Assembly: GCA_026417735.1 (NCBI GenBank)
Contig: JAOACR010000009.1
Coordinates: 423,255 to 487,254 of the forward strand
DNA: 64,000 nt
Direction of reading: 5' to 3'
Origin: Kiritimatiellia bacterium
Lineage (GTDB): Bacteria; Verrucomicrobiota; Kiritimatiellia; PWTM01
Program-made: the position numbers and the translations under genes
Shown: in pieces, positions 57,987 to 64,000 of the stretch
How the letters are laid out: the number at the start of each line of letters is the position of its first letter
How positions within the stretch are numbered: position 1 is the first letter of the stretch
Notes under the pieces: model-generated
Databases searched by the model: none
The model's input: only the letters and a program-made list of their open reading frames with translations
Told to the model about the DNA's origin: nothing

Positions 57987-59342
57987 TCAACGGACGGCGG
58001 AGGGCTGCCAGGGCGCGGCGCCACCGCGACGGATGTGGTTACGGAGCGCCTCCGACAGTCGCCGCACCACCTCGGGGCATGCGGCCGCAAGATCGGTCTG
58101 CTCCTGCGGATCGTCGCGCAGATTGTACAGCTCCCACGGCGAAAACGGATCGTTCTGCATCAGCTTCCAGCCGTCCGCAATGAGTGCCTCATAGCTCTTG
58201 CCGCCATACCGCGGCCCTCCTTCCCGCCGCACAAAGTAGAGCTCCCGCCGTTCCCGGGGCGGTGCGCCGCCGCGAAGAATCGGCAGCAAACTCACCGCGT
58301 CTAGCTCGGCGGGCGCTCGCCCGCCGGCTGCCTCCAGAAATGTCGGTGTGACGTCGAACGTTAGGCCCTCGTAGTCGGACACTCTTCCCGGTGCGATCAC
58401 GGCAGGCCACCGCGCCAGGAATGGCACGCGGAGACCGCCATCGTAGTGGTCCTGTTTTCCCCCCCGCCAGGGACGGTTCGACTGCGCGTGTGGCAGTGAG
58501 CCGCCATTATCGGACGTTGCGACGACCAGCGTGTTCGACTCGGCCCCGACCGCGTGCAGCGCCGCCAGCACCCGCCCGATGGCGTCGTCGAGGTGCTCGA
58601 CCAACGCAACGTTCTTCGCGCGCTTCACGTCCAGATCCATGCAGCGACGGCGAACGCGCTCCAGCCATTCGGGTGGTGGCTCGATCGGAAAGTGCGGTGC
58701 GTTGTAGGCCAGATAGAGAAAAAACGGCCGGTCGGCAGGGCGCCCATCGCCGCGAAGATAGGCGACTGCCCAGTCGGTGAAGATGTCGGTCGCATGGCCG
58801 GGCGGATCCACCACCTCGCGGTTGTGACGCATGTAGTTGAGCCCGTGGCGACGGTGGTGGGTGTAACTGTCCATCATGTCACCGAGAAACCCACGAAACA
58901 GATCAAACCCCCGCTCATTGGGCAGGTTGGGCGACTCAAGCCCCAGATGCCACTTGCCGACGAGCGCGGTGTGATAGCCGAGCTCGCGGAGGCGATCGGC
59001 CAGCGTGGGCACGCCGGGGGAGAACCACCCCCAGGAGTCCGCCGGCTGCGAGCGGATCACGCCCGGTACGCCGACACGGTCCGGATATAGGCCGGTCAGA
59101 ATCGCGGCGCGGGTGGGCGAGCAAACGGTCGCGTTCGCCCGCATCGCGGAGAAACGGATGCCTTCCGTGGCGAGCCGGTCGAGATTGGGGGTGCGCACAT
59201 CCGGCGCACCGTGGAGGGAGAGGTCACCGTAGCCGAGGTCGTCCGCGAGGATGAGCAGGAAGTTCGGCTGGGCCGCGCCGGACACGGTCGCCGCCCCCAG
59301 CACCAGCGCGATCGCGGCGAAGGTCTGCGCCCGACGCACCAA
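57987..59342 (-). CDS. Sulfatase (formylglycine-dependent arylsulfatase family).
   Basis: A signal peptide (RRAQTFAAIALVLGAATVSGAAQP) and the motif CSPTRAAILTG. The start was taken at a TTG/GTG with a GGGGAG RBS, so that it does not overlap the upstream sulfatase. Confidence 0.8.
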   Translation of the reverse strand: MVRRAQTFAAIALVLGAATVSGAAQPNFLLILADDLGYGDLSLHGAPDVRTPNLDRLATEGIRFSAMRANATVCSPTRAAILTGLYPDRVGVPGVIRSQPADSWGWFSPGVPTLADRLRELGYHTALVGKWHLGLESPNLPNERGFDLFRGFLGDMMDSYTHHRRHGLNYMRHNREVVDPPGHATDIFTDWAVAYLRGDGRPADRPFFLYLAYNAPHFPIEPPPEWLERVRRRCMDLDVKRAKNVALVEHLDDAIGRVLAALHAVGAESNTLVVATSDNGGSLPHAQSNRPWRGGKQDHYDGGLRVPFLARWPAVIAPGRVSDYEGLTFDVTPTFLEAAGGRAPAELDAVSLLPILRGGAPPRERRELYFVRREGGPRYGGKSYEALIADGWKLMQNDPFSPWELYNLRDDPQEQTDLAAACPEVVRRLSEALRNHIRRGGAAPWQPSAVR

Positions 59343-59361
59343 CGGCGACGCGCTCCCCAGA

Positions 59362-60876
59362 TCACTCCGGCACGGGGTCGCCGCGATGGATCGTCTCGCC
59401 CTCCCAAACGGCCTCATCGGTGGCGGGGTCATAGGTCAGCACACGAGCGCTGCTGCGGGGCGCCGGCGGCGCGTCCAGGCGCGGCAGCCATCGCCGGTGC
59501 TGCGCCAGCACGTCCGCCATTTGCGCATGGTGGGCGAGGTTCGTCCACTCGTGAGGGTCACTCTGCATGTCATACAGCTCCTCGGTGCCGTCCGCATAGC
59601 GGATGTAGCGCCACCGCTCGCTGCGCACCGCGTGATTGCCCTGATTGTGCGTTGTGATCGCGGGTGCGAGGCGGGGCGCGTTCGCATCGCGAAGCTGGGG
59701 TACCAGGCTGTGCCCTTCCAGGTCGTTTCGCGGCGTCAGCCCGCACAGCTCGATTAGGGTCGGATACAGGTCGAGGAGCTCGGCCGGCCGGTGGCATCGG
59801 GCGCCGGCGGCCACGCCGGGACCCGCCACAATGAGGGGCACGCGTGTCGAGCGCTCCCAGAGCGTGTTCTTGCCAGAGATCGCCTTTTCACCGAGGTGAT
59901 ACCCGTTGTCGCTCCAGAACACGATCACCGTGTTGGTCGCGTGCGGGGAGGCGTCCAGCGCATCGACGACACGGCCGATCTGCGCATCGAGAAAGCTGAC
60001 GCAAGCCAGATAGGAGCGGACGAGATTCCGCCACTGCTGGTTCTCCTGAAGCCATCGCAGCCGTGGCTCGGGCAACCGCCAGTGCAGGTACCAGGAGAAG
60101 GCAGGACAGTCGGCACGATCCTCCGGCCGCACGGGCGGCAGGATCGACTCATCGTCGGGATACAGCGCAAACCATCGTTCCGTCGCATAGCACGGCACGT
60201 GGGGGAGGAAAAACCCCACCGCGAGGAAAAACGGCGGTTCGGCTGGCATTTCGCGCAAACGTTGCACCGCCCAGCTGGCCAGCTGATAGTCGCCCTTGTC
60301 CTCGTCGCGGTGCGGGAAACAGCCCCAGTCCATCAGCGGGTGATTGCCCATCGGGGTGGGTGGAACCAGCTTTTGTGGGGGTCTGGCGCCGACGGCCGCT
60401 GGCGGCCCCCACACGTCGAACTCGGCTGCGCGCTGCGCCGGGCCTCCGAAACCGTGATGGTAGACCTTGCCGGCGGTAAAGGTTCGGTAGCCGTGCGCCC
60501 GAAAGTGCTGCGGCAACGTCACCCGTTCGCGCAGGGCCTCCACATCCCGAAAGCACGGCTCCAGTCCGTAGATGCCCGTCGTCGACGGTCGCAGCCCCAG
60601 CATCAGGCTCGCGCGGGAGGGATTGCACAGTGGCGACTGGATGTGCGCATTCAAAAAGGTTGTGCCACGGGCGGCGAGCCGGTCAAGATTGGGCGTTTTC
60701 ACCATCGGATGGCCACCGAGCGGTCCGATCCAGTCGTTCAGATCGTCCGCCGCAATCATCAGCACGTTCGGTCGGCGCGGCGCGCTTCCGCCCACTTCAG
60801 GGGCGCCGCCCGGCGCCGCGGCCGCGAGCGCCGCCAGCGATCCAAGCACGAAAATCACGCAGTTCATCCGCTTCAT
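59362..60876 (-). CDS. Sulfatase (formylglycine-dependent).
   Basis: A signal peptide, LMIAADDLNDW, and CNPSRASLMLG. Its ATG overlaps the stop of the upstream sulfatase (ATGA). Confidence 0.85.
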   Translation of the reverse strand: MKRMNCVIFVLGSLAALAAAAPGGAPEVGGSAPRRPNVLMIAADDLNDWIGPLGGHPMVKTPNLDRLAARGTTFLNAHIQSPLCNPSRASLMLGLRPSTTGIYGLEPCFRDVEALRERVTLPQHFRAHGYRTFTAGKVYHHGFGGPAQRAAEFDVWGPPAAVGARPPQKLVPPTPMGNHPLMDWGCFPHRDEDKGDYQLASWAVQRLREMPAEPPFFLAVGFFLPHVPCYATERWFALYPDDESILPPVRPEDRADCPAFSWYLHWRLPEPRLRWLQENQQWRNLVRSYLACVSFLDAQIGRVVDALDASPHATNTVIVFWSDNGYHLGEKAISGKNTLWERSTRVPLIVAGPGVAAGARCHRPAELLDLYPTLIELCGLTPRNDLEGHSLVPQLRDANAPRLAPAITTHNQGNHAVRSERWRYIRYADGTEELYDMQSDPHEWTNLAHHAQMADVLAQHRRWLPRLDAPPAPRSSARVLTYDPATDEAVWEGETIHRGDPVPE

Positions 60877-62438
60877 TCCACGGCGCTTCCTTTCGCCGCC
60901 GGGCGCGCGCCCCCGCGCCCCGCTCCGGGGCGCGCAAGGCTCTCCGGTGGATCTTCCTCCGGCACGCGCAACTCTGTACGAAGGCGCTGGAGCTCTACGA
61001 GCAGCCGCTCGCGCACCTCCGCGTAGGCCGGGTCCGCGTACACGTCCCGCAACTCGTCGGGGTCACTATGTCGGTCGATCAGCCGCCACTCGTTCACCTC
61101 GGCCTCGTAGAAGTGGAACAGTTTGTACCGGTCGGTGACCACACCGTAGTGCTTTCGGACGCTATGGGGACCCGGATATTCGTAGTAGTGGTAGTAAAAA
61201 CTTTTTCGCCAGTCGGCGGGCGTTTCGCCGCGGAGCAGCGGCACCAGACTTCGGCCGTGCAGATCCGCGGGCACCGACACGCCGGCCAGCTCCAGCAATG
61301 TCGGCGCGAGATCTAACACTGAGACCAGCGCACCGCAGCGGCTGCCTGCCCGCGCTACACCGGGCGCGCGCACCAGCAGCGGCGTCGTCAGGGACTCCTC
61401 ATAGATCCAGCGCTTGTCGAACCATCCGTGCTCGCCGAGGAAGAATCCCTGATCGGAGGAATAGACGACGACGGTGTTCTCCGCCAGTCCCTCCGTCTCG
61501 AGCCAGTCCAGCAGGCGCCCCACCCCCTCGTCCACGGCGAGAACGCAACCGAGGTAGTCGTGCATGTAGCGCTGATATCGCCAGCGGACGAGTTCGTCGC
61601 CCCCGAGCTTCGCCTCACGAAACGCCCGGTTGCGGGGCTCGTAGTACGCGTCCCACACCTTCGCCTGCGCCTCGTTCAGCTCGCCCGGACGCTTCAACTT
61701 CGCATCGAGATCATTGAACGTCGAGCGCAACGTCATGTCCTGCTCACGCTCCGGGCGTCCCCGCCCGCGGTAGTCATCGAACAACGTGGGCGGTTCCGGA
61801 AACCGGCGATCGCCGCTCCAGCCCAGATGCCGCAGCGCCGGCATCCACGGGCGGTGGGGTGCCTTGTGGTGACACATCAGCAGAAACGGCCGGGAGGTGT
61901 CGCGCCGCCGCAGCCACTCCAGCGAGAGGTCCGTGATGATGTCGGTGGTGTACCCCTCGTGGCGGACGCGCACGCCGTCGCGGATCATTGGCGGGTTGTA
62001 GTATGCCCCCTGTCCCGGCAGGATCTCCCAGTGGTCAAATCCGGTCGGGTCGCTTTCGAGATGCCATTTGCCGATCACCGCCGTCTGATAGCCCGCCGCG
62101 CGCAGCAGTTTCGGAAACGTTGTCTGCGACCCGTCAAAACGGTTTCCATTCCGATAGAATCCGTTCGCGTGGCTGTACTTTGCGGTGAGCAGCGCGGCGC
62201 GGCTTGGTCCGCAGATTGAGTTCGGCACCAGACACCGCTCAAATAACACGCCGCCTTGCGCGATCCGGTCAATGTTCGGCGTCGCGACCAGCTTCAACGG
62301 ATGCCCGTACGCGCTCACCGCCTGGGTCGTGTGATCGTCCGCGAAGATGAACAGGATGTTCAGTCGCTGCTCCGGCGTCGCGGCGCCGGCGCGAAGCACC
62401 AGCGCCGCCAGCAGCGCAACCCATCGTTGGGAGACCAT
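60873..62438 (-). CDS. Sulfatase (formylglycine-dependent).
   Basis: A signal peptide, ILFIFADDHTTQA, and CGPSRAALLTA. Confidence 0.85.
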   Translation of the reverse strand: MVSQRWVALLAALVLRAGAATPEQRLNILFIFADDHTTQAVSAYGHPLKLVATPNIDRIAQGGVLFERCLVPNSICGPSRAALLTAKYSHANGFYRNGNRFDGSQTTFPKLLRAAGYQTAVIGKWHLESDPTGFDHWEILPGQGAYYNPPMIRDGVRVRHEGYTTDIITDLSLEWLRRRDTSRPFLLMCHHKAPHRPWMPALRHLGWSGDRRFPEPPTLFDDYRGRGRPEREQDMTLRSTFNDLDAKLKRPGELNEAQAKVWDAYYEPRNRAFREAKLGGDELVRWRYQRYMHDYLGCVLAVDEGVGRLLDWLETEGLAENTVVVYSSDQGFFLGEHGWFDKRWIYEESLTTPLLVRAPGVARAGSRCGALVSVLDLAPTLLELAGVSVPADLHGRSLVPLLRGETPADWRKSFYYHYYEYPGPHSVRKHYGVVTDRYKLFHFYEAEVNEWRLIDRHSDPDELRDVYADPAYAEVRERLLVELQRLRTELRVPEEDPPESLARPGAGRGGARPAAKGSAVE

Positions 62439-62554
62439 TGCCGCGCCTCCATGACGGCGCTCGCCGGCAGTCGGCCGGCGTGACTACGCGCAGTTTACTC
62501 CCGCCTCTCCCGTTTGAACAGGTGCACGACGAGAGCCAGCCGCGGCCGTTCCGC

Positions 62555-63847
62555 TCAGACGCGAATCGCGATGGCCGCCTGATCGAACTTCGCGTGCCGT
62601 CCGGCCTTGTGGGACAGCATCGCCATTTGCAGAACCGTCTGGACACGGAAGGCGAGGTCCATCGGACACATCGTCGCCGGATTCTTTTCGCGGTGACAGC
62701 GAATCAGGTCGCGCCACATTTCGAGGTTGTCCTCGTGGCCTTCGATCGGAAACAGCTTCACGCTTTTCGTCTGCCCCGGAATGCCGCTGGGCGTGAACCG
62801 GATCTGTCGGTTATCCGGTTCAATCGTCAGCGTGCCCTCGGTGCCCCGGATCACGGGGCTCCGCTGGCCCGCGCCCCGCTTGGGCGTAGTGGTGTAATCG
62901 TTACCCTGCGTACCCAGCACCGCGATCGTCATCGCGTCCGGATAGCTCGCGATCAAGTTGAACGTGTCCGGCACCTCTCGGAGCTCGTAGGGGTAGACAT
63001 GGATCGCGCCGATGCCCGTGACAGTGTCCGGAAAGGTCGCCCCCATCACATCCACGACGGGTGTGAGGCAGTGCGGGAAAAGATCGGTGACCGGCCCGCC
63101 CGCGTAGTCCTCGAAAAGCCGCCAGCGGAAAAAGCGGTCCACGCTGAACTCGCGCCGGGGCGCATCGCCGAGAAACGCATCCCAGTCGAGGTCCGGACCC
63201 GGCTTGACCTTGGGATCGTCCACAGGCATGCCGCGCTCTCCCCAATCGCCGACGCGGAAAAAGCCTGCTTCGCCGAAGAGCGGTCGGCCGATCACTCCCT
63301 GCCGCACCAGGTCTTTCATCTGCCGCCAGGCGGGGTCGCTCATCGCCTGGCAACCGACCGTGATTACACGGCCGACGGCCTTTGCGGCCTCCGCGAGCCG
63401 CTTCGTGAGTTCAAACTGCCGCCAGTGCGACAGCGGCTTCTCGATGTACATGTCTTTCCCCGCGGCCACCGCGTCGAGCGCCTGGGGCGCGTGGTGGTGG
63501 TCCGGCGTTGCAATGCAGACGACGTCCACGTTCGGGTCCGCCAGCAGCTCGCGATGGTCCCTGTAGTCGCGCGCAATGGGGAACTGTCGGCGCCGTGCCT
63601 CGCGCCGGCCACGGTAGACGTCGGCGACCGCGACCAGCTCCACGTTGAGCCCCTCCTCCTTCAACTTTTGCACCATCTGCATGTGGGCCTGCGCGCGCCC
63701 GCCGGCCCCGATGAAACCGACGCCGGTGCGCTCGTTTGCGCCCAGCACTGGTCCTCGCGCGACAAACGGCGCGGCGACCGCGCCCGCGGCGGTACGCAGG
63801 AACCGCCGGCGGCTTCCGTCCATCCGACCGACATCCGACTGTTTCAT
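62555..63847 (-). CDS. Gfo/Idh/MocA-family oxidoreductase with a Tat signal peptide.
   Basis: A twin-arginine leader (SRRRFLRTAAGAVAAPFVA), a Rossmann motif (VGFIGAGGRAQAH), and a GFO_IDH_MocA C-terminal domain. Confidence 0.8.
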   Translation of the reverse strand: MKQSDVGRMDGSRRRFLRTAAGAVAAPFVARGPVLGANERTGVGFIGAGGRAQAHMQMVQKLKEEGLNVELVAVADVYRGRREARRRQFPIARDYRDHRELLADPNVDVVCIATPDHHHAPQALDAVAAGKDMYIEKPLSHWRQFELTKRLAEAAKAVGRVITVGCQAMSDPAWRQMKDLVRQGVIGRPLFGEAGFFRVGDWGERGMPVDDPKVKPGPDLDWDAFLGDAPRREFSVDRFFRWRLFEDYAGGPVTDLFPHCLTPVVDVMGATFPDTVTGIGAIHVYPYELREVPDTFNLIASYPDAMTIAVLGTQGNDYTTTPKRGAGQRSPVIRGTEGTLTIEPDNRQIRFTPSGIPGQTKSVKLFPIEGHEDNLEMWRDLIRCHREKNPATMCPMDLAFRVQTVLQMAMLSHKAGRHAKFDQAAIAIRV

Positions 63848-64000
63848 CGCTCGTCTCCCTGCCTGGCCTGCGCCGGCGGCTGCAACCGGGTTAGCCCTTC
63901 AAAATCGTCTCCAGGCTCCATGGCTCTCGGGCCGGCCGCGTGAGCCGTCGCACCGCCTGCTCGTCACCGACGATTGTTTCGCGGACCGGGTCCCATTGAA

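Noticed and set aside
57987-59432. A longer sulfatase ORF starting at 59432 and overlapping the upstream sulfatase by 70 nt.
   Set aside because: A TTG/GTG start at about 59342-59339 with a GGGGAG RBS gives a canonical signal peptide (MVRRAQTFAAIALVLG...) and removes the overlap.

The upstream 30 codons are Pro/Arg-rich.
1-64000. CRISPR arrays, rRNA genes and additional tRNAs.
   Set aside because: No regularly spaced direct repeats and no rRNA-like conserved stretches were recognised by eye. Only one cloverleaf (tRNA-Asp) was found.

A covariance-model scan (tRNAscan-SE/Infernal) would be needed for completeness.

Overview
High-GC (roughly 68-70%) bacterial chromosomal window. Gene content suggests a Verrucomicrobiota/Planctomycetota-like organism: PEP-CTERM sorting signals, several formylglycine-type sulfatases, Tat-exported Gfo/Idh/MocA oxidoreductases, and giant HEAT/ThuA and beta-helix proteins. 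Gene density is high, with many 1-nt and 4-nt start/stop overlaps (ATGA, GTGA, TGATG). The window mixes two kinds of genes.

Core genes:
- tkt, proC, yggS, the bioF-bioH-bioC operon, gcvH-lipB, def, miaB, acyP, a pyrC-like dihydroorotase, tRNA-Asp, and a czcCBA-like RND efflux operon.

Accessory carbohydrate loci:
- A TPP-riboswitch-controlled bacterial thi4.
- A TetR-controlled operon for putative periplasmic 3-keto-glycoside catabolism.
- A flippase-GT2-BNR exopolysaccharide module.
- A sulfated-fucan-utilisation-like cluster with a GH29 fucosidase, three tandem sulfatases and a PEP-CTERM protein.

Decay and unusual signals:
- A small Lrp RAM-domain gene interrupted by an in-frame TAG at a conserved Tyr codon.
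- A 5'-truncated LamG/PEP-CTERM gene.
- A doubly frameshifted autotransporter-repeat pseudogene.
- A possible IS5-like transposase remnant.

No CRISPR array or rRNA was seen. Many long ORFs in the six-frame track are GC-driven antisense artifacts and were not called.
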